64,000 bases of DNA from Octopus vulgaris (Eukaryota), in NCBI GenBank assembly GCA_951406725.2, contig OX597831.1:27528001-27592000 (forward strand), in the 5' to 3' direction. Under the pieces are notes generated by a model. The model saw only the letters and a program-made list of their open reading frames with translations, searched no databases and was not told the origin of the DNA. The number at the start of each line of letters is the position of its first letter. Within the stretch, counting starts at the first letter, position 1. Below, in pieces: positions 1-13,818 of the stretch. Position numbers and translations under genes: made by a program.

Positions 1-3000
1 TGGCCAGTGCTGGTGACACATAAAAGGCACCTGTGCCAGTAACATGTAAAGACATCCAGTAGACTTTGTAGAGTAGTTGGCATTGAGAAGGGTATCCAGC
101 AATAGAAACCAATCCAAAGCAGAATGGACCCTGGTGCAGCTCTCCAGCTTACCATCTAACCCATACAAGCATGGAAAGTGGGCATTAAATTATGATTTTG
201 ATATTTCATATTGTCCCTGACAAGTTAAATCCTTACTCCACAAATGGACCTGATCCACCAAGTTGTAAGTAGGTGCCATAGAATGGGACAGTTTTACTTC
301 CCAGAGGTAGAGACCATGTAAGTACCACAGAGTGGTACAGTCCACCTCGCTGTGTATGTGTGCCACATGGTATAACAACTCACATAACAGTACAATTAAG
401 AGCCTTTACAATTCCTAATAATACTGCTAGAAGTAACAGCCAAATTTCCCCTACTAGATGAAGGACATACTAAGCCATTTAGTTTTAAGATATTACTGGC
501 TCTCCATCAGTTTTGACACTGAGTGTTGCAGTTAATCAGATCAAAGAATGCAATGAATGGACAATATCATGAGCTGGTTAGATAAATATGGCAATGCAGC
601 TGAAGAACTCACAATCAGGAAGACCTTCATTGTAACGTCATCAATCTGCTGCAGACCTATGATACATGACAAATATACTATATACAGATGACACCATATG
701 GCAATACTAAGATCATAGTAAGTCATCTGACTTTAGCTACATTTGGTATAGTGGTTCTAATATCTAATCTGGGTTCATTCCCTGATCCAGTCACAATATG
801 CCTTCATGTCCCTTCACTTCTCATGTATTTGTGATAGCAAGCCATAGTCACTTACCAGAGAGAAATCACAGCCAACTCTCTCAAATTAAAAGGAAGGACA
901 TCTTAGAGATTGTAGTCCTAGATACACTAAGTCTAAAAGTGGCAGTGGTAGCGTTATAACTGGTATGTCTACAGCTAAACAACAACCGCCACCATCAATA
1001 TTAGAGATGTGGTAAGATATAAGACTGTTCCAGGCCCCTGTAAAATAAAAGTGGAGTAGTTGAGGGTACAATTAGTGACCTATCTTCTATATACTGGTTT
1101 TAATTTTCACTTGGGTGGTGGTGGTGGTAGTAGTAGTGTATCAGCTACAGAGAAATGTAAGGTAGTGAATGTAGGTTAAGCTTAAATGTGATTTCATTAA
1201 GTAAATGCCATCCTATGATTAAACAACACACATTCACTAAATACTGTAAGGGCATTCACTGACATTAAACCACACAACACAAAACTCTACTAAATCACCA
1301 CCCAACACAACCACTACTTTATGCTACAACACATACACTACACAGCAGACAAAACACTGAAGCAACACCAGAAACAATACAAATCCTATAATAAAACAAA
1401 AACCAATGTTGTGAACAAACACAGTTTTACATTCCTTAAAATGCAAGCACCTGCCAAGCAGAGTGATGCACTTGGTGGTGCAGTAGAAAGTTGCATATAG
1501 AACTGCTAGCACTCTGAACAAAATGCTTAGTGATATTTCAAGTTCATCCATCATTATGTTCTGAGTTCAAATTCTGCTGAGGTCAGCCTTACTTTTGGAG
1601 ATGGTGGGAATTGGCTGCAGAATATAATGGTACCCAGAATCTATAGAATGCCAATGCTCTCTTTACAATAATGATGATGATGATGATAATGGAATTTTGA
1701 GGTTAGTAGCCCACACTCTTAACCACCACACCATATGCCCACTGTGTTGACAACAGACAAGATGAGGACAAATATCTGTTGAATGTAAATAATGTACATA
1801 ATTCCTCATCTCTTAAATATAGAACTTTGGGCTGCAAAGTGAGAGATGTTAACAACTTCAAACCAGCTCTCAAATACCGTATTGTTTTGCTGCACTGCAA
1901 GACTATCTCAAAGATATACCATTAATCAGAATTGCCAATATCTAACATATAGCTTGGTATCATCACCACCTATTTCTATTTCAGTGCCATTCAACTGAGA
2001 GACAACAATAACAGTGGCTGCAGCTGCTTAAGTTTACATATTGTGAAGCTATTGCTGTTGGGTTGGGTTGACTTCTAACACTTGAGTATTTCAATGAGTC
2101 ACATCCGAACCAAACATTCTACATGTTTTATGTGCAAACCAGCCAGATCTGGCATTTCACACCTACCCAACACCATCATTCTGAAAATAAACAAAATCTC
2201 CAAGCTGTGAGATAATTAATGCAGGATGAATTTAAAACAATGTGAGTAGATAAGCAATATATTCTCAGGATAATCCGAATGCTAAACGGCTAAAATTCTT
2301 GTTACATTAGAACATCTTCCATCTTTTGTTTGTTTCAAGCACTGTCTTGATAGGTTTTAGTCCAACAAATGAACCCCCAATATTTATTTTTTAAAGGCCT
2401 GGTACTTCTGCTGAATCACTAAGTTACAGGGACATAAACAAACCAACACCAATTGACCAGCAGTGGTGGGGAACAAACACACATGTCCATGATAAGCTTC
2501 TTTCAGTTTCTATTTACCAAATCTATTCACAAGGCTTTGGTCAGCCTGGGGCCATAATAGAAGTAAGAAGTTTGTTTCTCAACCACATGGTTCTAGGTTC
2601 AGTTCAACTGTGTGGCACCTTGAGCAAATGTCTTTTACTATAGCCTCAGGCCAACCAAAGTTTTGTGAGTGGATTTGGCAGCTGGAAACTGAAAGAAGCC
2701 CGTCGTGTGTGTGTGTGTATTTTGTATGTATTTATGTGTCTTTACATCCTGAGGTTATAGTAGAAGACACTTGCTCAAGGTGCCACACAGTTAAACTGAA
2801 CCATGTGGTTGGGAAGCAAACTGCTTACCACACAGCCACACCTATACTCGTGCCACACCCGTGCACAGAGCAGCAAAACTAAAAACATTCCACATTTTGA
2901 CAAACATTCATTCATTCATATAGAGACACACCCACACATCCTTTCATACACATTCACCCCTCTGTATGCAGAATAAGAATATATCTTGACACATACACAC

Positions 3001-4198
3001 CTCATTAACTGTTAGCAAAGAAAAAAAAACATTCCAGTTCATTAGCTGTTGTCAAATCCTGATGTTCAGAAGACAACTGCCGAATGTCACTGGCCTAGTG
3101 TCACTATGTGGAGGCACAATGGCCCAGTGGTTAGGGCAGCAGACTCGCGCTTATAGGATTACAGTTTCAATTCTCAGACCAGGCATTGTGAGTGTTTATT
3201 GAGCGAAAACACCTAAAGCTCCATGAGGCTCCGGCAGGGGCTGGTGGCGATCCCTGCTGTACTCTTTCACCACAACTTTCTCTCACCCTTTCTTCCTGTT
3301 TCTACTGTACCTGTATCTCAAAGGACCAGCCTTGTCACACACTGTGTCACGCTGAATCTCCCCGAGGACTACATTAAGGGTACACATGTCTGTGGAGTAG
3401 TCAGCCACTTGCATGTTGATTTCACAAACAGGCTGTTCCATTGATCGGATCAATTGGAACCCTCGTTGTAACCGGATTGCTATGTGTGTCAGTATATTGT
3501 GTTTACAGAGACAAAATGTGGAGATGGTTGAGTTGGTGCTATACATTGTGTCACTATCAACACCTCAGTGTCTGGAAACAAACCAGCTCAGGCCACTTAG
3601 ATGTAAAACAGGTCCAACAGGTTAGGAACAACTCGCCACCACAAGTCAACAAGAAAACCTCTATGAAGTCAAGCGACTTGTTAGAAATAACCAAAATCAC
3701 CCTCAAATCATGCCCAACTGTCTTGAAATAGAATTATTCAAATTAGTCTTAGATGTATCATGTTGAAGGAGTGGACACAGCTGCAGTGTATTTGATCATT
3801 GATGAAATGGATCAAGGATGACCAAGGGTTAAGCAATTACCAAATATATGCAGGGTGCATGACCACCATAACAGATCTGAGGGATACAGTAAAGCAGCTG
3901 AAAGGCTGTGAGCTACAGGGGTGCCCTTAATCAGGACTGACCGGGAGGTTATATGACAACTTACTGACATGTCAACTGTGTTAGTACACACTGAATATTC
4001 TTTTATTCTTTCACTTATTTCAACCATTTGACTGCTGGGGTACCGTCTTAAAGGGTTTTTAGTCGAAGAAATCACCCCCAGGACTTATTTTATCGGTCTC
4101 TTTTGCCGAACTGCTAATTTACAGGGACATAAACACACCAACATTGGTTGTCAATCGATGGACACACACACACATTTGATGGGCTTCTTTCAGTTTCT

Positions 4199-4429
4199 TA
4201 TTTCTTTACTGCCCACAAGGAGCTACACACAGAGGGGACAAACAAGGACAGACAAACAGATTAAGTCGATTATATCAACCCCAGTGCGTAACTGGTACTC
4301 ATTTAATCGACCTCAAAAGGATGAAAGGCAAAGTCGACCTTGGTGGAATTTGAACTCAGAATGTAGCAGCAGATGAAATACCACTAAGCATTTTGCCCGG
4401 CATGCTAACATTTCTGCCAGCTTGCCGCC
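4199..4429 (-). mobile_element. Second tRNA-SINE family (GGCGGCGAGCTGGCAGAA head), nested in a CORE-SINE
   Basis: TSD TTTCAGTTTCT at 4188-4198 and 4430-4440. B-box-like GAGTTCAAATTC and a central GCCTTTCATCCTTT..GGTCGAT box. Older copies ~16265-16480, 28120-28230, 28360-28550, 43200-43900 (three), 59275-59475. Confidence 0.85.
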
Positions 4430-5100
4430 TTTCAGTTTCTGCCTACCAAATCCACTCACAAGGCTTTGGTTGGCTCGAGGCTAAAGTAGAAGACACTTGT
4501 CTAAGGTGCCATGCGGTGGGACTAAACCCAGAACCATGTGCTTGGAAAGAAAGCTTCTTACCACACAGCCGCACCTATAGCTTGTGTAGGTGTATATAAA
4601 TTATACAGATGTCCGTATGTCTGTATATGTATACATTATATATATATATATATATATAAAGACCAAGCTAAATAGGAGAAAATACTATTGATCCTTCAAC
4701 ACCTCCTTTATACAGATAAATATTGAAAGTAAAGCGGTACAACATCTGGGAGAGATTACAGTGAGAGAGAAAGAAAGAAAGAAAGAAATAGAGGGAGAGA
4801 GAGAGAGAGAGGGGGAAGATTGATCCACAAGGAAGACAGCATTTGAAACAAGTTTCATATTAAAAAAACTTGATATATTTCTTGTGACCCAAAAATGAGA
4901 GGTAATATATTAAAAATACTACTGTATACATGAATACACAAACACAGAGTATAAATACAGAAATATGTATGTATATGTATACACACACACACACATATAT
5001 ATATATATAGTGTACTGTTCCTAGCCATGCATGTCCAAAGTTTAATGGCCAAAACAAATAAAAGGATGTGCTATATTGTTATGGTGGTGGTAGTGGTGGG

Positions 5101-5160
<60 letters not shown>

Positions 5161-5446
5161 ATGTATGTATATATAAAGCTATTTAGGTCAATATCTAATG
5201 GCTTGTTACTCTGGAGTTTCCCTCTGGACATGTAGTCTGCATGTATGTGTGGATGCATGAGAGACCACTAATAACTTACTAACAATACCACCATCTAATA
5301 GTACAGTTTAGTGATGATGATGGTGATGATACTGGCTGCTGTGATGCATGCGGGTTATAATGATGGTGGCAGCAGCAACGGTGGTGGTGAATGTTGATTC
5401 TGCAGTTTTTACTGAGATTTAGTGATTGTTTTGTAAAATAGCAATT

Positions 5447-6055
5447 GAGAGTAAGAGGGAGAAATATGGAGAGAGAGAGAGAGTAAGAGGGAGAAATATG
5501 GAGAGAGAGAGAGAGTAAGAGGGAGAAATATGGAGAGAGAGAGTAAGAGGGAGAGATATAGCGAGAAAGAGGGAGAGACATGGGGAGAGAAAGAGGGAGA
5601 GACATGGAGAGAGAAAGAGGGAGAGATATGGAGAGAGAAAGAGGGAGAGATATGGGGAGAGAAAGAGGAAGAGATATGGAGAGAGAAAGAGGAAGAGATA
5701 TGGAGAGAGAAAGAGGGAGAGATATGGGGAGAGAAAGAGGGAGAGATATGGGGAGAGAAAGAGGGAGAGATATGGAGAGAGAAAGAGGGAGAGATATGGA
5801 GAGAGAAAGAGGGAGAGATATGGAGAGAGAAAGAGGGAGAGATATGGAGAGAAAGAAAGAGGGAGAGATATGGAAAGAGGAAGAGGGAGAGGGAAAGAGA
5901 AAAAGGGAGAGATATTGAGAGAGAGAAAGAGGGAGAGATATGGAGAGAGAGAAAGAGGGAGAGACATGGAGAGAGAAAGAGGGTGAGATATGGAGTGAGA
6001 AAGAGGGAGAGATATGGAGAGAGAAAGAAGGAGAGATATGGAGAGAGAAAGAAGG
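5447..6055. repeat. Purine-rich 24-bp minisatellite (GAGAGAAAGAGGGAGAGATATGGA)n
   Basis: Direct tandem units; explains ORFs 5279-6125. Confidence 0.95.
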
Positions 6056-6270
6056 TGAAGTGCTTTGTAGCGTCAGGATTCAGAACATGAACACCTAAAG
6101 ATGTACCCTCTTCATCTGCCCCCAAGGAGAGAAAAAAAAAGAAAGCATACTCCCCCCATCTCTTCTGCTCATAAAATGTATCCCCCTCTCTCTTTCTTTT
6201 TATATATAAACAAATCTACTCACTCCATACACAGAACAGTGTACAAGTGAGAGCGGGGTGGGGGAAGGGT

Positions 6271-6345
6271 TAATCCGATTGACTAACAGTGAGCTAATCG
6301 AGTTAATCATGGCACGGATTAGCAAATCTACAGAGCCGATTTAAA
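6271..6345. promoter_or_regulatory. Cluster of TAATC homeodomain sites including a P3/RCSI-like element
   Basis: TAATCCGATTG 6271-6281, TAATCG 6295-6300, TAATCA 6304-6309, GGATTA 6316-6321, in unique sequence between repeats. Confidence 0.4.
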
Positions 6346-6419
6346 GCAGTGGTAGTAGTAGTAATAGTTAAGAAAATGGGGATATATATACACATATATA
6401 CACACACACATATATACAC

Positions 6420-6830
6420 ATCATCATCATCATCATCATCGTTTAACGTCCGCTTTCCATGCTAGCATGGGTTGGACGGTTCAACTGGGGTCTGGGAAGC
6501 CCGAAGGCTGCACCAGGCCAGTCAGATGTGGCAGTGTTTCTACAGCTGGATGCCCTTCCTAACGCCAACCACTCCGAGAGTGTAGTGGGTGATTTTATGT
6601 GCCACCGACACAGGTGCCAGACGAGGCTGGCAGACGGCCACGCTCGGATGGTGTTTTTTATGTGCCACCGACACAGGTGCCAGACGAGGCTGGCAGACGG
6701 CCACGCTCGGATGGTGTTTTCTTATGTGTCACCGACACAGGTGCCAGACGAGGCTGGCGGACGGCCACGCTCGGATGGTGTTTGTTACGTGCCCTCAGCA
6801 CGGAGGACAGTCATTGCGGTACTGGCTACA
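6420..6830 (-). mobile_element. Third SINE family ((GAT)n tail, GGTTGGCGTTAGGAAGGGCATCCAGC core) with an internal ~62-bp tandem triplication
   Basis: Near-identical opposite-strand copy at 42445-42705. Others ~1-195, 9325-9640, 30440-30922, 34770-35003, 36680-36860. Internal units ~6590-6776. Confidence 0.85.
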
Positions 6831-7035
6831 CACATATATATACATATAATCCTTTATTCTTTTACTTGTTTCAGTCATATGATTGCAGCATGCTGGAGGG
6901 GTTTTAGTTAAACAAATCAACTCCAGGACTTTTTTTTAAAGTTTAGTACTTATATCAGTCTCTTTTGTTGAACTGCTAAGTTACGGGGATGTAAAGACAC
7001 CAACACCGGTTGGCAGGGACAAACACAGACACAAA

Positions 7036-7103
<68 letters not shown>

Positions 7104-8177
7104 GATGAGCTTTTTTCAGTTTCCCTCTACCAAATCCACTCATGAGAATTTGGTCGGCCCAAGGATATAATAGAAGACACTTGCCCAAGGTGCCATGCAG
7201 TGGGATTGAAACCGAAACCATGTGGTTGGGAAGCAATTTTCTTACCACATAGCCATGCATGCACCTATACATCATCACAACAACAACAATAATCAAGATT
7301 GTCTTTCTGTAGAAGGTGATGTTTTATATAAAGGCTCATTTACTTGGGAGACGAACAAAATAGAGGTGGTGGTAGGCTCATCCACACAGGCATATGATAC
7401 ACACACACACACGATATATATTGTTTGTTCCTTCTTGAGCCATGCCTGGTTCATAAGGGATAATTTACTGGTTTCATTGGCATATAGGTTCCCCACCTGG
7501 AGAGGATGCTAGTCCATCGCTGGTGAGCTGCTAGATGCAGGAGGAGAGAGTGAGAGAAAATCATAGTGAAAGAGTCAGTAGAAGTTCGCGATTACCTTTG
7601 GCTAGAGCTGCGTAGAGCTTAAGTGTTTTGCTCAAACACATACATCGCCCAGTCTGAGATTCAAACCCACGATCCCTCGACTGCGAGTCTGCTGCTCAAA
7701 TCACTTGGCCATGTGCCTCTGCATATGATACACACACACAAAATTTCCACAGTTTCCATCTACCAAATTCCACTCACAGAGCATTGGTTAACCTGAGGTA
7801 GAAGACATTAGCCCAAGACGCCACACTGTACGATCAAACCCAGACCATGTAGTTGCAAAACCTAGTAATAACAGATTATATATACATGCTTACACACACA
7901 CACACACCATATATACTTGTGCACAGTGTGACACTTTTGGAGACTGACATTTAAAATCTATAATTGGGTTGAAAATTACACATGCAGTCTGTAGAAGAAA
8001 TAAAAGAATTTTGGGCCAAGGTAACACCTGCACAGTTAACCGACTGTGTTTAACAATCAAATTATAAATTTAAAAAACTGGTCTAAAGATTATTTACATT
8101 AGACGGATATTTGCCCTCATCTTTGTGAAATGTAAATAATCTTCAGACGGATATTCGTCCTTATCTTGTTTGCTGTT

Positions 8178-8220
8178 AACACGTTTCAGCTGATATACCC
8201 TCCAGCCTTCATCAGGTATT
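8178..8220 (-). ncRNA. Hammerhead-like motif lacking its cleavage triplet
   Basis: Minus strand AATAC-CTGATGA-A-GGCTG-GAGGGTATAT-CAGCT-GAAAC-GTGTT. AATAC pairs with GTGTT directly after GAAAC. The adjacent sequence recurs at ~1745-1800. Confidence 0.5.
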
Positions 8221-8696
8221 TTGTGGAAATTTCCAACCTGGGTTCTCATTCCCAAGGTATTTTTCGATATTATTATTATTATTATTATTATTATTGAGGT
8301 CACTGCTTGAAATCAAACTCGGAATCTTGGGGTTAGTAGCCGAGTCATACTGGTTGCAGAGCACTGGTGCACACAACACAACCACCAGCCTGCTTGTATT
8401 CATAGAACCCTCTGAACATTCTTGTTTATTCACCCAGGCAGTGTCCATCACAATGCTCACACATTTTGTACTACTATAGCATCTATATTGCCATTGATCA
8501 ATATAAATACCATAATAACTAAAGCCTTTGAGCCAATGTTTACATGCTATCATTTATAGCTTTATTCATTTCAATACTCTTCATTCCAAAAAGGAATTAT
8601 TTAACATTTTCTTAGAGTTTATAATTTTTTATGATCTCAACATGTAATTTTCACTGGTTAGGATAAAGTCTTAAAGTAGCTACAGAAATTCAAAGG

Positions 8697-8767
8697 ATTG
8701 CTTTAGTCCGATGGTAGAACATCTGTCATGTCTACAGGAGATGCGGGTTCGAGTCCCACGGGAAACC
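8697..8767 (+). pseudogene. tRNA-like pseudogene / Pol III unit
   Basis: A-box-like TAGTCCGATGG (8704-8714), B-box GGTTCGAGTCC (8746-8756), anticodon-arm stem TCTGT/ACAGG, T-arm GCGGG/CCCAC, TTTTT at 8774-8778. Acceptor stem has mismatches and the anticodon loop CATGTCT is non-canonical. Confidence 0.6.
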
Positions 8768-11087
8768 TTTGACTTTTTCTTTCCAAAAGAGTTTTTAACC
8801 CAGTGTTTATAGCTTTATTTGCTATGAGATCCAAGCATTTCAAAACAGAAACAATAGTGTTATTTTTAAAGTGTGGAAGCACAGCACTTGGTGGATAGGA
8901 CGTTAGACTCATGATTGTAAGATCAGGGGTTCAGTTCCTGAACTGAATGATACAATGTATCCTTGAGTAAGACATTTTATTATTTGTTATTGCAGCTTCC
9001 TTGAGTGCTGGTTCAGCTTTCACACAACTGATGTTCTATTGAGTCAAGTATGAAGGACCGAGAGAATGTCTATGTCTGCACACAACTAAACAGGCACTCA
9101 AATCAATTAGTGAAAGCACAGTGCATGTTATCATTCATAATTGCTTGTAAGTGACAGCTGTTGATATATAAACAATGACTTTGTTATTGTGAGCCCAATG
9201 CACTAAGCTCTAGGCCACATTTATATGGTGATCTGGACTTTGGTGTGTTGAGAGTTGAGCTGGCAATCTTAAGATCAATTTTTGAACCAGTGAGTGGATT
9301 GTGTCCTTGAGCAAGACTTTTTATTACGTGACCGTTGCCAGCACCGCCCCATTTCGTGTCCGTTGCCAGCCTCGCCTGGCCCTCGTGCCGGTGGCACATA
9401 AAAAGCACCATCAGTTCGTGGCCGTTCGCCAGCTCTGTCTGGCACCTGTGCGGGTGGCACGTAAAAAGCACCCACTACACTCACGGAGTGGTTGGCGTTA
9501 GGAAGGGCATCCAGCCGTAGAAACACTGCCAGAGTTGACTGGGCGTTAGGAAGGGCATCTGGCTTCACAGACCCCAGTAGAACCGTCCAACCCATGCTAG
9601 CATGGAAAACGGACGCTAAACGATGATGATGATGATGATGTCACTGCAGCCTACTCAGCAGAAAATTGGCACCAACTGAGTGCTGCTGCAGTTTCCTTTC
9701 CTTTAGCTTTCATACACTTGATGTTCAATTGGGTCAAGGATGGGAGAGCGAAGAGGGTTGCTTGTGTCTGCACACAACTAAATAGGCACCTACAGCATGA
9801 TACTTGTTACCAGTTCATACTTAAAGACACAAGTGTATGACTATGGCTTTATGACATAAAAATCACTCCCTCTCCTTCATCCCGGATTTGATCCAGTTGC
9901 TGCTCAAAATTTCCTCTCTTCTGTCAATTACTGTCATACTGTCCACTCCTTGGACATCTATTTAATATTCAATTAATTGCCCATCTCCTCAGTCATCCAA
10001 ACCAACTGAAATACTGTTCAACCAGTCCCCTTGGCCATCCAAACCAACTACTACTGTTATCCTGAGCCATCTACAACTTTTCAGAAATCCCCATTTTCAT
10101 ACACCAATGTCCTTCCATAGATTAAAACAGTAACCAATAACATTTTATATATTTCACTCTACAGTTTTTATTCAATTATTTCTTTCCATACTTATTTTTT
10201 TTCCATTACATTTAATTTACATAATCTGCTTAGATTGACTGCTGTCAACACAGACCATCAACGCCACCACCAAACATCGATGCCACCAACACCACCAATT
10301 CCACTACCATCAATATCAATACTGTCAACACCTCTACACCCTAACTACCATTACCAACACCACCATAATCAAAACTCCAACAATTTGAGTAATTATCTCC
10401 GACAAAACTTAACAACAGCCACACAACACCCTGACCCCCCCTCACCACCAAACACACACCCCTTCCTCTGTAGGTCCTTCCCCCCCCCCTTTGTTGATTC
10501 GTAGTTTTGAACAAAACTCATCAAGGAGATTATGATTAAAAGAGGAAGTAAGCCTTTATTTAGAACAGAACACATTAAGAAGAGGTGGAAGTGAGGGGGG
10601 AGATAAAATAATTAGTAAAGATAAGTGTGTTGTGTCTGTGTGTGTACGCATATAATATTAATTATTATTATTATTTAATGTCAGTTTTTTTATGCTGATA
10701 TGGGTTGGACGATAATAAGCAGTGGCTTTGTGCATGCATTGTGTGTGTGTGTGTGTGTGTGTGTATTCTTTTATTCTTTTCCTTGTTTGTCATTTGACAG
10801 TGGCCATGCTGGAGCAATGCCTTAAAGGGTTTTCTAATCATAGAAATCGACTCCAGGACTCTTTCTTTTTTAAGCTCAGTACTTATTTTATTGGTCACTT
10901 TTTGCCGAGCCGCTAAGTTACGGGGACGCAGACACACCAGCATCAGTTGTGAAGCAATGATGCCCGGGACAAACACACATAAATATATATATACACATAT
11001 ATATGATGGGCTTCTTTCAGTTGCCTAAGGTGCCACACAGTGGGACTGAATCCAGAACCATCTGGTTGGGAAGCAAGCTTCTTACCA

Positions 11088-11496
<409 letters not shown>

Positions 11497-11856
11497 TTTA
11501 TTTATTTGTTTCAGTCATTACTGGCTAAGCTAGGGCATCACCATGAAGAGGTTTTATTTCAATTAAACAATACCGGTACTTATCCTATCTGTCTTTTTTT
11601 GCCAAACTGCTAAGTTCTGGGGCATAAACCCACCAACACTGGTTGTCAAGTGGTTGTGGAGAGGAAACACAGGCACACACATATGGACATATATGTACAA
11701 CAGGCTTCTTTCAGTTTCTTGTTTACCAAATCCACTCGAAGATTCAAGCAGCCTAAGGCTACTAGTAGAAGACATTTGCCCAAAATACCACACAGTGAAA
11801 CTAAACCCAGAACCATATGGTTGGGAACTAAGCATCTTACCATACAACCATACATG

Positions 11857-11888
<32 letters not shown>

Positions 11889-11892
<4 letters not shown>

Positions 11893-12448
11893 CAAAACGC
11901 CCCCACTACCGTCCAATGGACGGTGCTGAATCATATCTGCTGAATAAAAAGCAATCAATGTTTTCTTTTCATTAAAAAATAATTAAGCATGCCTTTATTT
12001 CAATAAAATTTTTGGTTTTGTTAAACGAAGTTAAGGCAGAAAAAAAAAAAAAGACTTCTTGAGAAACCAAACAGTCAGTCTTTCCTTCACGCCAAATTTG
12101 AAGAAAATATCTCTTTTGCATCTTACTTTTTTGGTCTCTTAAATATACTGCATTTTGTGGCATTATTTCAAGCCAGCCGGCTTTTATTGCGCAAACTGCA
12201 CGTGCATGTCTCGTGTACGCATAGTATCGATTGCAACAGCTGATATACTTGCACATACAAATGCACGTTCTCACGGCTTTATCGATCGCATTCTCACCTG
12301 GAATCGATTTTTGTAATTTTTTCAAGACTTATACACACCCTGATACTGTCGGTATCTACAAATCAAATTTGAGCACAATCGGATGGAGGATGCCCGAGAT
12401 CGTAGAAGACATACACACAGACAGACAGGATGGAATTTATATAATAGA
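11889..12448 (-). mobile_element. Non-autonomous Helitron-like element, copy 1
   Basis: Minus strand starts A|TCTATTATATAAA, then (CTGT)n; 3' hairpin ACCGTCC-ATT-GGACGGT; ends CTCG|T; no TSD. Second copy at 21818-22375. Confidence 0.75.
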
Positions 12449-13396
12449 TATATACTGTTCCGTGATGGTGTATATATAAAAGGTGGGTGAGTAAAGGGTG
12501 ACTAACAAGAATAACAATGATATGAAAGCGAAAATAAAAAATTTCTTAAAAATCAATTGGTAATCCTCTTAAATTATAATTGTGGTGTTTGGTCATTGCT
12601 AGCATGGGTCAGACAAACACTAACAAGAACTTGCGTACACAAACACACATTATACACACTCACACATGGCCAATACTATAAGCACACAGATATATCTACT
12701 CTTAGACAACAGCAGAGATTAAAAGCCCTGTTTGTGTTGCTTTTGTGTCTGCTATCTGTATTAGTGTAGCTTCTACTCCCAATGTGATGTGGGAAGGAAA
12801 AGCTGATTGCAATATCTTTAAGAATCACACACACACACAAATACACAGAGTTAATTTTTTCATAGCCGCATTTCTAATGAAATATACTGCGTGAGTACAC
12901 ACACACACACACACGCACACATAAACACATGCATACACACAATTAATTATGAAAATAATCCGGTATATAGAAGAATTAAATTAATTTTTCATTATAAATC
13001 TAATGTTAAGTACCTAGCTTAAGTGGTTCTTACATAAAATATGAATGGAAATTTTCAATTTAAAACCTTTTAAATCAGGTGTTTGTTTAGGGCAGAACCA
13101 AGGGTGGAGGTATTGAATGAGTTGGTTTACCAAGGGTTAAATACATTAAAAAAATCCCTTATCAGTTCCACCATAAATGCCTCTGTCACAACAACCACCA
13201 CCGAAATTACCAGTATCACCAGCATCCTTACAACCATCAAAATTACCATTATCAACTCTTTCTGAACTTAGTAAATATTTTCTTCACTGCATCTACTCTC
13301 AGATTAAGGTCTATCTTTCCAAGTTTTACTCCTAAATACTTTGTTCCCAAAACTCCACTAGTAACAATACTGTTACAAACAATGTTTTTTCTTTTC

Positions 13397-13818
13397 TTTT
13401 TGTCTTTGGTCAATAAGTGTTATTTCCTAATTGCTTCTATCTAGAAATCAAAGGAATGACTTATTTCCTTCAAACTTTGTGAGCTGGGCACCAAGGTTTT
13501 GAAACTGACCTATTTTCCATTACATTTCAGACAGATTCAGTGCTGAGTTGCTGAAGCAGAAATATCATTATAGCAAATATTCTACTCAATACCACAGATT
13601 TACTTGTCAATTGCTGGACCTTGACCACTTAGTGGCTGACAGTATGTACATCTCTGATCATGAGCAGGAATAGTGAGGGGACATCATACTGTTGAGAGGG
13701 ATTCTTTGAGGTTTAAATAAATGTAACAAAAGCAAAAATTGAAGGAAATATTAGCCATTTTTCCTACTTTCTAAGAGTAAGCAAATAGGAAATAACAGTT
13801 GCTGACCAAGGACAAAAA
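13397..13818. mobile_element. MITE/foldback with ~85-bp diverged arms
   Basis: 13397-13480 is the reverse complement of ~13730-13818. The interior carries a reverse fragment of the repeat at 16630-17145. Confidence 0.6.

Noticed and set aside
3110-3185. tRNA-like heads here and at 46324 and 61443
   Set aside because: They continue into shared SINE bodies, so they are not tRNA genes.
5279-6125. Long ORFs (up to 238 aa) with EKEGEIWR / LSPYLSLF repeats
   Set aside because: Products of a 24-bp minisatellite, open in many frames on both strands.
6459-6911. 150-aa ORF nearly identical to the ORF at 42441-42668
   Set aside because: Both are antisense readings of the same SINE family.
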